This document shows, one piece after another, positions 41,500 through 53,380 of a DNA stretch of 64,000 bases. Source of the stretch: Octopus sinensis (taxonomy: Eukaryota); NCBI RefSeq assembly GCF_006345805.1, contig NC_043024.1, forward strand, positions 13,826,001-13,890,000, given 5' to 3'. The notes under the pieces are model-generated. The model saw nothing but the letters and a program-made list of their open reading frames with translations. It ran no database searches and was not told where the DNA came from. Made by a program: the position numbers and the translations under genes. Every line of letters starts with the position of its first letter. The first letter of the stretch is position 1.

Positions 41500-42320
41500 T
41501 GATAAATGATATGCCTTTCTTGTCGAAGACAGTCTTGAGCAATTTGTCATCAATAATATATCTTCATTAATCTTTTTTACCTTTCCGGGTGGAGACAGTA
41601 TCGTGTACCTCTCTGTCTTTATTAATATATTTTCATTTAATATTTTACCTTTCCGGTGGGAGACGATATTCGCCATCACTCTGTCATCAATAATATATTT
41701 TCATTCAGTCATTTGCCCTTCCGGGTGGAGACAGTATTGCGTATCCTTCTGTCATGAGTAATATATTTTCATTTAATCTTTTACATTTCCGTGTGGAGAC
41801 AGTAATGGGTATATCTCAGTCATCGATGATATATTTTCATTAATCATTTACTGTTCCGGGTGGAAAGAGTATTGGGTATAACTCTGTCATAAATAATATA
41901 TTTTCATTTAATCATTTGCCTTTCCGGGTGGAGAGATTGTTGGGTATCTCTCTGTCATCAATAATACATTTTCATTTAATTATTTGCCGTTCCGGGTGGA
42001 GACAGTATTCGGTATCTCTCTGACTTTATTAATATATTTTCATTCAATCTTTTCCCTTTCCGGGTGGAGATAGTAGTGAGTATCTCTCTGTCCTCAATAA
42101 TATATTTCGATTTAAATTTTTACCTTTTTGAGTGGAGACAGATTTGGGTATCTCTATCATCAATAATATATTTTCATTTAATCTTTTAACTTCCCGGGTG
42201 GAGACAGTATTGGATATCTCTGTCATTAATAATATAATTTCGTTTAATATTTTGCCATTCCGGGTGGAGAAGGTATTGTCTAAATCTCTGTAATGTATTT
42301 TTCATTTAATCTTTTTTCGA
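41500..42320. repeat. Minisatellite, about 12 units of 66-69 bp (mostly 68)
   Basis: Core GGAGAC-type anchors at 41591, 41659, 41727, 41795, 41862, 41930, 41998, 42066, 42134, 42200 and 42266. Confidence 0.95.
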
Positions 42321-42674
42321 ACACCATGAAACACGGAACACCGAGGGGCGGCACCAACGAAAGAAGTGGAGCACGATCAGATTTCGGTAAGATTTCCGCA
42401 ATTTATTCTTCGGCGTATTTCATGGGTAAGAATGCGGCAAAACTGTGCAGAATAGATACGAACCATTAGTACTCAGACCGGATCAGGCAATTAATATCCG
42501 AGGAGCGGCGAGTTGTGTACTCCAGCAAGATATTTCTTGTTGTTCTAGTCTAATCAGCTGAAAAAAAGGAGTTGTATCAGTATTTCAAAGGACCAGGCCT
42601 GGTCACACTGAAACTCTGTGCGAGGGTAGCCCTACCAGGAAAGCCCACTTTCTAAGCGTGAATAAACATAACAC

Positions 42675-42890
42675 ATTTGAGCGTGGCCGTTGTCAGTACT
42701 GCCTGACTGGCCCTCGTGCCAGTGGCACGTAAAAGCATTCACTACATTCTTGGAGTGGTTGGCGTTAGGAAGAGCATCCAGCTGTAGAAACTCTGCTAGA
42801 TCTGATTGGAGCCTGGTGCAGCCATCTAGTTCGCCAGTCCTTAGTCAAATCATCCATCCCATGCCAGCATGGAAAGTGATCGTTAAACGA

Positions 42891-42895
<5 letters not shown>
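42675..42895 (+). mobile_element. SINE 3' portion with RTE-like tail (family F)
   Basis: ggttggcgttaggaagagcatccagctgtagaaac and ccatcccatgccagcatggaaag..cgttaaacgatgat resemble RTE-derived SINE segments. Confidence 0.6.
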
Positions 42896-42927
<32 letters not shown>

Positions 42928-43117
42928 CTATTATATACATTATATTATACTTGTCAATTTACATAACCTTTACTTTTTATTGTTATTTTCATTTTAACTT
43001 TTCTATTATATCTAGTTTTCTAGATGGTGTAATTTAATTATTCATTTTGAATTGATAAAAGGTGGGTTTCTTTTAATATTTTATATATATATGTATATAT
43101 ATATATATGTATGTATG

Positions 43118-43166
<49 letters not shown>

Positions 43167-44149
43167 GCATTTTGTGTATATACGCAGATACCTATACACA
43201 CTCACATATGCATGTATGTCCGTTGTCAGATAACAAGTAAACAGAAGAACAATTGGCCTCTGCGTTCAGTAGATCTTGTTGTTCATATTCCATGTGAACT
43301 ATAAGATAAAGAAATTTTAGTATTTTCATGAAGCCTCTCTCCATAACATCTTGGCCAAGGACAAACTCTCGTCATATGAGATAAAACAGAATGAATTAGA
43401 ACATAAAAGAAAGCGAATGCTCTATTACAGTTTTGCCTGAAATCTGCATCAAAATTTGAGACGAACACCGCATTGAATAACCTCAAAATAAATTCTAATA
43501 GATAGCCAGTAATCCGCTTTATATTTTAAGTAACAATGACGGCATATGTTCATTTCAATAGTAATTAATTTTTTGAAAAGAATGAAGATATTTATAATTG
43601 AAAACACTGTAGGTTTTCCTGTGAACAATTCCAAAACTGAAAGCTAATTACCAGTGTGTCTTGAGACATTCATTTTCGGAATTCAAATTCTATTAATTTT
43701 GCTCTCTTTTCTGTAGTTCTTAGGATGAAGCGTAAGTATAACCAATTTGTTCCTGTTGATATACATGTAAGTATCAACATTCTTTACTAATATATGAATA
43801 AGAGTATGTATATTTATCTATCCATCGATCTATGCGTCTATCTACATACATACTTATATAGACACAGAGAAATACATACACATACAGACCGGAGTATACT
43901 CATAAATATTAAGTAAGATAAATTTTCGTTCGTATGTATCTATATATTACATGAATAATTAGAAAAAAATACATATATTAATATCATCATACACATTTAT
44001 ATCATTAATCACATATACATTCGCTTTATTTATAAATTCCTATACATGTGTGTGTGGATGTGTGTGTGCGCATATATATATATATAATTATACACATACA
44101 TGCATATATACTCCATATATGCATACATATACATACATACATACATACA

Positions 44150-44222
<73 letters not shown>

Positions 44223-44234
44223 GTATATCTTTTG

Positions 44235-44450
44235 AAGAGATACCAACTCGTTGGAAATAGCAGCCAAACCTTGACTCTAAAACCACATTAAACGTTTTGA
44301 GTCACGTTTTGGCTGATATTTCCAGCGTGGCGGTATCTCTTTGATATCCCAAATTATAATTTTAATAATAATCATTAGCTTTGAAGGTTTTTATTCCCAT
44401 GCCGGCCAATTGATAAGATCTATATTTAAATTAACGATCTTATCCGTATT

Positions 44451-44460
<10 letters not shown>
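44235..44460 (-). mobile_element. Penelope-like pLTR fragment with terminal inversion (43-bp imperfect arms)
   Basis: Arms 44235-44277 and 44299-44341. 44300-44460 is the reverse-complement homologue of 48295-48470, which abuts a Penelope RT relic. Confidence 0.6.
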
Positions 44461-44510
<50 letters not shown>

Positions 44511-44515
<5 letters not shown>

Positions 44516-44742
44516 CTTTACTACCCACAAGGGGCTAAACACAGAGGGGACAAACAAGGACAGACAAAGGGATTAAGTCGACTACATCGACCCCAGTGCG
44601 TAACTGGTACTTAATTTATCGACCCCGAAAGGATGAAAGGCAAAGTCGACCTCGGCGGAATTTGAACTCGGAACGTAACGACAGACGAAATACGGCTACG
44701 AATCTCGCCCGGCGTGCTAACGTTTCTACCAGCTCGCCGCCT
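44511..44742 (-). mobile_element. Family B SINE (Meta-domain-like), full-length
   Basis: Minus strand GGCGGCGAGCTGGTAGAAACGTTAGC.., B-box GAGTTCAAATTCC, core GACTTTGCCTTTCATCCTTTCGGGGTCGATAAATTAAGTACCAG. Confidence 0.9.
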
Positions 44743-45126
44743 TTTCCCATAGTCTCCATTCAATAATTGATAATTATTCCAAATTAATTAATTTCACCCT
44801 TCATTATTACGGATATATATATATATATATATATATATCCGTAATAATGAAGGGTGAATTAATTAATTGGAATAATTATCAATTACACCAAGTAGTTCTT
44901 CGGCATGTAAAAGCCTCATTCGAGGAAAATTTAAGTAATACTAAGCAATAAGGGTTTAGCAACGAATTGCCTTACCACATACCGAATTTAGAAATAGCAG
45001 TCAAAGGGTTATAGCCATTTCTTCTACTAAAAAGGGAGATCTCAGTAAAAACAGCAACTGGAAGGCTGACACAAACAGGTAAGAGAGAATGAATTGACTG
45101 CAATCCATCATACATTTTTTAAGTTA

Positions 45127-45232
45127 TCTACGGACGTACGTTTCGAAATCAAGTTTTTAGGAAGCATAAGAATTAAATATTAAATATTAAATAATTCTAT
45201 CTTACCGAAACTTCTTTTCTCTTCAGCGTAGA
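45127..45232 (-). ncRNA. Minimal type I hammerhead ribozyme (copy 1)
   Basis: Reverse complement of the plus-strand motif; predicted cleavage between 45133 and 45132. Confidence 0.75.
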
Positions 45233-45634
45233 ATACTATAATCATAAATGATTATATATTGAATTTTGAGATACTAGGAGGCACCAACTCAACTCAGTAT
45301 CAGAGCGAGCTAGAATCCGCAACTAGTATCACCGAAATTTTCCTCGAATGAGGCTTTTACATGCCGAAGACTACTTGGTGTAATTGATAATTATTCCAAA
45401 TTAATTAATTTCACCCTTCATTATTACGGATAACCATATTTTATCTCAGTAGATGACCACAGCATCTTGTTTTGGCTACACGCGGGTGGGAAGGGGCTGT
45501 TGACACAATCGTTTCATTCACAAATTTGAATTCGGTGATACTAGTTGCGGATTCTAGCTCGCTCTGATACTGAGTTGAGTTGGTGCCTCCTAGTATCTCA
45601 AAATTCAATATATAATCATTTATGATTATAGTAT

Positions 45635-45741
45635 TCTACGCTGAAGAGAAAAGAAGTTTCGGTAAGATAGAATTATTTAATATTTAATATTTAATTCTTA
45701 TGCTTTCCTAAAAACTTGATTTCGAAACGTACGTCCGTAGA
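45635..45741 (+). ncRNA. Minimal type I hammerhead ribozyme (copy 2)
   Basis: Stem I TCTACG (45635-45640)/CGTAGA (45736-45741); CTGAAGA 45641-45647; stem II GAAA..AAGTT/AACTT..TTTC; GAAAC 45724-45728; palindromic GTAC loop; GTC cleavage triplet 45733-45735. Confidence 0.8.
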
Positions 45742-46234
45742 TAACTTAAAAAATGTATGATAGATTGCAGTCAATTCATTCTCTCTTACCTGTTTGTGTC
45801 AGCCTTCCAATTGCTGTTTTTACTGAGATCTCCCTTTTTAGTAGAAGAAATAGCTATAACCCTTTGACTGCTATTTCTAAATTCGGTATGTGGTAAGGCA
45901 ATTCGTTGCTAAACCCTTATTGCTTAGTATTACTTAAATTTTCTCGAATGAGGCTTTTACATGCCGAAGACTACTTGGTGTAATTGATAATTATTCCAAA
46001 TTAATTAGTTTCACCCTTCATTATTACGGATAACCATATTTTATCTCAGTAGATGACCACAGCATCTTGTTTTGGCTACACGCGGGTGGGAAGGGGCTGT
46101 TGACACAATCGTTTCATTCACAAATTTGAATTCGGTGATACTAGTTGCGGATTCTAGCTCGCTCTGATACTGAGTTGAGTTGGTGCCTCCTAGTATCTCA
46201 AAATTCAATATATAATCATTTATGATTATAGTAT

Positions 46235-46341
46235 TCTACGCTGAAGAGAAAAGAAGTTTCGGTAAGATAGAATTATTTAATATTTAATATTTAATTCTTA
46301 TGCTTTCCTAAAAACTTGATTTCGAAACGTACGTCCGTAGA
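46235..46341 (+). ncRNA. Minimal type I hammerhead ribozyme (copy 3)
   Basis: Identical to copy 2, exactly 600 nt downstream; cleavage after 46335. Confidence 0.8.
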
Positions 46342-46582
46342 TAACTTAAAAAATGTATGATAGATTGCAGTCAATTCATTCTCTCTTACCTGTTTGTGTC
46401 AGCCTTCCAATTGCTGTTTTTACTGAGATCTCCCTTTTTAGTAGAAGAAATAGCTATAACCCTTTGACTGCTTTTCTAAATTCGGTATGTGGTAAGGCAA
46501 TTCGTTGCTAACCCTTATTGCTTAGTATTACTTAATATATATATATATATATATAAGTATATATATATACATCTGTATATAA

Positions 46583-46624
<42 letters not shown>

Positions 46625-46872
46625 TACATAAACATTGACATATGTGTGCGCATATATATATATTCATTATAAGAGGAAGGATATAACATCCAGGCAGACA
46701 ACGAATTTCTCTGTGTAAAGTGCAAAGACCGGTGTCATCTGATGGTGCGTTCTTTTTCTTTTTGTAATATTCCTTTAACTCCTATTTGTTGTTGCATTTT
46801 ATTTCTTGACTACTTATAGTGTTACGTATAATATTGATAAAAAGAAGAAGAAATAACGTTTTCTTTTTACTA

Positions 46873-47036
46873 TAGACGCAGGCGTGTCTGTGTGGTAAGC
46901 AACTTGCTTACCAAGCACATGGTTCCAGGGTTAGTCCCACTGTTGGTACTTTGGGCAAGTGTCTTCTGCTATTGTTTCGGGCCGACCAAAGTCTTGTGAG
47001 TGGATTTGTTAGATGGAATCTCAAACAAGCCCGTCG

Positions 47037-47130
<94 letters not shown>

Positions 47131-47424
47131 ATATATCTGCATGTATATATGTATATATATATATGTATGTATGTATATGTATATGTGTCTTCGTGGGTGT
47201 GTGTATGTGTGTGTGTCTGTTTGTCACCCCACCGTCACTTCAAAATCGATGTTGGTGTGTTTACGTGCTCGTAAGATAGCGGTTTGGCTAAAGATACCGA
47301 TAGAATTAGTACTAGGCTTCCAAAGAATAAGCCCTGTGGTCGATTTGTGCGACTAAAGGCTGTGCTCCAGCATGGCCGCAGTCAGATGACTGAAACAAGT
47401 AACAGAGCAAAAGAGTAAGAGTAT
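46873..47424 (+). mobile_element. Family A SINE, full-length with expanded internal microsatellite
   Basis: Head gcaggcgtgtctgtgtggtaag, CORE-like ttgggcaagtgtctt, tail gctccagcatggccgcagtc..aagagtaagagt. Confidence 0.85.
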
Positions 47425-48294
47425 ATGTTTCTTCGATTTTCTCTGTAACAACGTACACTTCATCGATGCAATCAGTGAGCGATACATTCTGTAAAATTTC
47501 AAAATTCCTCCTAGTAAACCCGTTTTTTGAATTTACTGATATTATGGCCTCCTGATACCAGAAGACAGAAGTGGACACCAGGAAAGAAATAAAGAAAAAA
47601 ACATATGAAGGTATTTAAGGAACTGAACGAAATCATTTGCGTAATTCGTAACCTGAAATTGGGTAATATTGATATATTTCATTTGAATTTAAGAATAGCT
47701 ATTTTTATACATGCTTAACACCATTTGCATTAACGCACGCGTATGTACACCCCCCACACATATACATATCTAAATAAGTGAATAATAAATATATATATAT
47801 ATAAGTATGAATGAAAAATGGAGTTAACGCAGGTGTAAACAAGTATTTTTACTTTCGACACATCTTTCGAAAATTCCACTGATACTATTCAACAATGCAA
47901 TCTTCTCTTCGGGAAAGTGAAAAAAACGAAACTCGTCAATAAGACATTTTAGCAAAAAATGATGGATTTGTATAGCGATAGACAGAACGCTATTAATATT
48001 GTTTAAAAAAACGTTATATGATATAACGTCATAAGTAGCTAACAGAAAGAGTAGGGATATTAATAGTGAATGTTAAATATAAAGGAAATTAAAGTCTAAA
48101 CTATATATAATGATAGAGACTACTTATATGCACTAAATGTATGTTTCTGCCAATGCTTACATCTGTATGCTCGTTCTATAACCGTGTTTACTAGAGTATT
48201 TTGCTGCCCTGGTAACTATTTATTTATTTTTCCGTGTTAATTGTTAACAAGGTAAAAATACACTCATCTATTTATATATATAAGTATATATAAA

Positions 48295-49000
48295 TTTATA
48301 TAAATAAGGATAAGATCGTTATTTAAATTCCGATCTTATCAGGTGGCCAGCATGGGAATAAAAACCTTTAAATGTAATAATTATTATTAAAATTATAATT
48401 TACGGTATATAAGAGATACCACCACGCTGGAAATGGCAGTTAAGACTTGACTCTAAAACCTCATTAAACGACCATACAGCAGCTGCCGATAATATGTTGT
48501 TTTAATACATGTCATTATGTGCAAATATCTCCTAGTCAGCGAAATTCGTGTCCATATATTTTTAACGATGTTATTTATGATGCTACTGGGATGACCGGAA
48601 TATTTGTTCACATACATTAGCCTTTCATTCAGTTTGTGGTACTCTTCGTATACATTCATGTACTTAAATCCGGACTGACATCAAGGTAGTTAGCGTTACT
48701 ATAAACATTTTCTATGGAAATAGACACCGAGACGCTTCAAGAAATTAGTAAAAAAAAATTTTTGGAACCGTTTAAGTTTGAATGTACTAAACCTTTGGAA
48801 AAGAGAACGTCTATATGTGTGTAGAAAGTCTATATGCGAAGAAGTCTATATGTGTATAGTTAAGACTATAAGTGGCCACTAAGTTAATTGTCAGGAGTCG
48901 CTAGAATCCATAATAATGCCAAAATATTTTGCTTGGAAAATAGCAACGAATTCTATTCGGAGTTTGCTGTCTGTGAGGTTACAGGTATAAAATCGGCCTG
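48295..49000 (-). mobile_element. Penelope-like element relic: degenerate RT plus adjacent pLTR piece
   Basis: Minus-strand GIIMDSSDS.QLT (MGSxDSA-like motif), SIENVYSNANYLDVSPDLST and YHKLNERLMYVNKYSGHPSSIINNIVKNI are typical of PLE RT and thumb regions. Confidence 0.7.
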
Positions 49001-49311
49001 GTTTCTCTTGCCACTCAAAAATACAGAGGACAATCGTTTGGATGAATGGAAGACAACAATCTTTCTCACCAATAAAATAAGTAAACAAATGGTACTACAT
49101 TGCGGGCGCGTCTGTATTTACATACCCAAATCAACCCTGCTTCGTCATTTGTATTTAATTAACAAATACTAAACACAAAAAATGGTAAAGACATTTCTGA
49201 AAAGAATTGAACTAAGCTAATAGGCAGACGCAGATAAAGTACTGAAATGGTTTCTATTTACAGCAGTTTTACTGATTCCAGTACTTTCATATACAAAACG
49301 AGACAGCATTG

Positions 49312-49350
<39 letters not shown>

Positions 49351-49730
49351 ATATATAATATATATATATAAATATATATATATATTATATATATTATATA
49401 TATATATGTATGTATATTTATATAAATATATCTAGATATATATGTATGTATATATATATTTATATATTAATGATATATGTATATATAAATATATACATAC
49501 ACACACACACATATATATATATATATACATATATGAGTTTGTATGTATATATTCAATATATTCGTATATACATAGAGCATTAATATATTATATATATACA
49601 TACATATATACACACAGATCATAAATATTTATATATATATATATATATAAACATATATATACACACACATATATATAGACATCTCTCTATATATGTGCAT
49701 ATATATATATATGCAGACATATATATAGAC

Positions 49731-49804
<74 letters not shown>

Positions 49805-50666
49805 GCATGTGTTTGTGAATACGTATACATGTGTGTAAGTATATATGTGTGTATGCGTATATGTACGTATAATGTTTCAAATTCCCAGTTATGCTACTTA
49901 ACAATCAGCCTCGATGCCTCGTGAAAACAGAAATAAAATAAATACATATTCCAAGTAGAAAAATCAAGGAGGATATGGTTTTGCTATTCTTAAGCCATTG
50001 ATAGGCTCGGGGACAATTTTACTGTAATCACTATTTCCTCGCCAGGCCATTGTTTGTTTAAGCTCCGCGCCATCTTCGGTCCCTTCCTTCTCTCCGTTCT
50101 AATTACGGTTCAGGAGATATTGAAAAATGCTCCAAGGTCTGTGATTCAATTGGAAAACAACACTCTCAGCTGTTGATTATGAGTGGATTCGAGGTGTAAC
50201 TGTTACACAAAACGATATAATTACAATGATGTGGTTCGGTTTTTTTTTTCTAATGAAAAAACTAAAAGGGCAAATACACAGGAAATAAAGAAAAAAATAC
50301 AAGGACAAACAGAAATGTTGAATGCTAGCATGAACAAGAACAACAATTTTGGCAAGAAAAATACCATCAGTTGAAACTAAAACAAAAGGTAATCTAATTT
50401 CTCCAACCAGAGGGGAAAAAAAAGTTTGTGTTTTTGGCTGTTTCTGTGGTGTTTGTGTGTGTGTGTCTGTGTGAGTTTATGATTTTTTTTTTCGTTTTTT
50501 TTTTTTCATAATTCCTGATTTGTGGAATTAAAATTTTCAAGTTTTCAAGTAGAAGAATATTTGGTTGTTTATGTTCTGAAGAATTCTAGTGAATGATTAT
50601 TGTTGGGAGAATACCGCTGAAAGCAGTTTTTTTAATAATGATCACAATACAGTCCATTTCTTGCGC

Positions 50667-50707
<41 letters not shown>

Positions 50708-51299
50708 ATGACCTTCATCATCATCCGCATCATCTTCATCGTCCGCATCCCCAAGACCAACAATTCAATCACCGCCGCCATCGTTAAAACCATCGGAACT
50801 ACCTCCACCCCCACACCGCCATCATCTCATACACCACACCTTTGTTAATTTGTGTGAATGGAGTTGATTTTTACCATCGTAGTCACCGACGACATCACCA
50901 TGGCAACGGCGACTGGAATGAAAGACACTCGTCCTCGTTCACAACATTTCTACCAAAAAAAAAAAAGAATTATGTTAGAAGAAACCCGTTCTTTCATCGG
51001 TTAGTGAAGATATGTCTGCGCGTGTGACTGTACGCGAGTGCATGCGTGTATGCTTGTGTGTATGTGTATATGTGTGAGTGTCTGCGAAGGGGATATGTGG
51101 ATGGTGAGCTCCACACTGATTTTCTCTTCCGAATTCAATTCACATTTTGTTCATGAATCCTGGAATATACTTTAAACCGTTTGCCTGTGTTCTAGCTCAG
51201 AACCATGTCTGGACGTGGTTGATAGGTGAATTCATGATTGACACAGGTATTCCTGCACCCCTGACCGCCAGCCAACGACGCATCAGTGAATTTGGTAAC

Positions 51300-51445
51300 C
51301 GAAATTCGGTTTCCATCTCCCAAATATACTCATAAGGTTTTGTTGAGCCCGAAAATATAATAGAAAACACTTATCTAAAGTGTCAAACTGCAGGATTGAA
51401 CACTGAGCCATGTTTTTGGGGAGCAACCTTTTTGCCACGCAGCCT
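51300..51445 (-). mobile_element. Degenerate family A-like SINE head
   Basis: tcggtttccatctcccaaatatactcataagg..aacacttatctaaagtgtc..ggattgaac..ccacgcagcc. Confidence 0.55.
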
Positions 51446-51654
51446 CATATCTATGTGTGGGTCTTCGTATAGCCTTCACTACTGCTTGACAGCGATTTTG
51501 GTTTGTAGATGTCAACTTCACATAGCAGTTCGTCGAAATAAACCGATAGAATAAGTACCGAACGCTAAACGTGAATTACCTGGAGTCGAATTGCTTCACT
51601 AGACGTTTCAAATTGGTGCCTCAGCATGGCCAGGTCCAGCGTCGGAGAGAGTTA

Positions 51655-51883
51655 TATTTCTTTACTACCGACAAGGGGCTAAACATTGAGGGGACAGAGA
51701 AGGGCAGACAAAAGGGATTAAGTAGATTACATCGACTCCAGTGCGTAACTGGTACTTAATTTATCGACCCCGATAGGATGAAAGGCAAAGTCGACCTCGG
51801 CGGAATTTGAACTCGGAACGTAACGAAAGACGAAATACGCATTTCACCCGGCGTGCTAACGTTTCTGCCAGCTCGCCGCCTTA
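51655..51883 (-). mobile_element. Family B SINE with 9-bp TSD, nested in a family A tail fragment (51540-51654)
   Basis: AGAGAGTTA at 51646-51654 and 51884-51892. Confidence 0.85.
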
Positions 51884-52129
51884 AGAGAGTTAAATAGTAG
51901 AAAGTTAAAAAATAAATGACAATCAAGTGAAACGTGATATCAAAAAACTCATAATATACTCTCATATACTCTCATTGTTACTCTCATATCTGTCGTATAA
52001 GGAATTATAACTTATATTTGGCAGTTTCCGATATTTCTAGTCACAGATACTTCCCTTGCCTCAAGAGAAATATTCATTAAAAGCGCAGCTGATTCGCTTA
52101 ACCAACTCTTTGTCTTATTCTTAGATTTC

Positions 52130-52460
52130 CCCATTCATTTGACCTTTATATTTTGGCTTACAAGTCTTTTGAGCATAATCTACTGCATCTAATGAGCTGG
52201 TGCTAAATTGTTTCAGCACTTCCCTATTTTGGGCACGTCTTGTCTACTAGGGTATCAGTCACTCCCTTCGTCCCTCGGTGGTAAATAATATACGTCTATT
52301 CTGTGTATTCACTCTTCTGGTGGCAATTGGAAAAAATATGACCTGCATCTCTCACTCTTCTTTCTGCAGGGTCAGTCTCCTGCAAACTGTGCAGATTGTC
52401 TCTTCTCAAGACTTCAATGCTTTTGGTTGCATCCCAATCGATGGAACGTATTCGATCAGT
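52130..52460 (-). mobile_element. Possible ancient LINE C-terminal CCHC region
   Basis: Stop-riddled frame ..YIIYHR..DKTCPK*GSAETI*HQLIRC fits CxxC..ET..H..C spacing only if a stop replaces the second Cys. Confidence 0.3.
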
Positions 52461-53380
52461 CATTGACCTTGGGTGTCATTTCCCAAGTTCCTCCTACGTA
52501 AACCATTCTCTGTACGGCATTATCTATATATTCAAATTTCATTCAACTTTGTAACTGACGATATATTCTTATCGGTACCAATTTATATCCACACATCATT
52601 CCCAGAATTTTATTTCTGAAAGCTGTTTTAACCTGGTTCCATAAAATTTCAGGAGGTGATAATTTCATTTTATTGCACCGTTCGCACACGTGAGAGGCAG
52701 TATTTACGATTTTAATTGCGTTGATTTGCTGTGCAATTAACCTTTGTTATACGCAGCAATATCTTCTATTCTCAGATTGAAGACTTTGTCACGACTACAC
52801 GCACCATTCTATACCTGGTGGGGCTTAAGCGCAAAATATCGTATTTAACATTCTACGCGATAATATTTAAAGTTAATAAGGTCGTAGGTTAATTAATTAT
52901 AATCCTGCGCATCGCAACATAGACAGATTGCAGATTGGAAATCTGTCAGGGTATTGTAACAGAGTTTATCTATAAATATGTACTAAATATGTACAGCTGA
53001 ACCGAGTGGTGGGTCAAATCCATTTAAGCAAATGGCACTAAGTGAAATATATATATTGTTTCAGTTTAAATATACACATGCATTTGTCAAATGGAAATCT
53101 AATATTCCAGTAAATCAAGCGAAGGAGTGTGCAGAGACAATGTGAGAAAGTATATTAAAATATTCTTGAAATAGGATAAAATTACGAAGTGAATATCTTT
53201 GGCGATTCCGAAACACAAAAGAGCAAGATTTAAAATGATAACAAAAGAAAAATAGGGGTCAACATATAATAACCTAGAATAACAGACACAAGCACACATG
53301 TATATATGTATGTTTGTATGTATGTATGTATGTATGTATGTATGTATGTATGTATGTATATATGTATGTATGTATGTATG

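Larger units (their letters stand above)
44764..46535 (+). mobile_element. ORF-less Penelope pLTR / retrozyme-like element: inverted 500-bp copy plus two tandem 600-bp units
   Basis: 45343-45942 is repeated at +600 to 46535; 44836-45336 is the reverse complement. Bounded by (TA)n and sharing the GAAATAGCAG motif with 44250 and 48425. Confidence 0.8.

Noticed and set aside
41479-42226. Repetitive ORFs (ENILL..SPPGK) and CRISPR-like appearance
   Set aside because: 68-bp period breaks frame; no unique spacers; eukaryotic context.
47430-47578. Possible minus-strand exon (EAIISVNSKNGFTRRNFEILQN..)
   Set aside because: Good polypyrimidine tract but no convincing donor; the ORF runs into a SINE tail.
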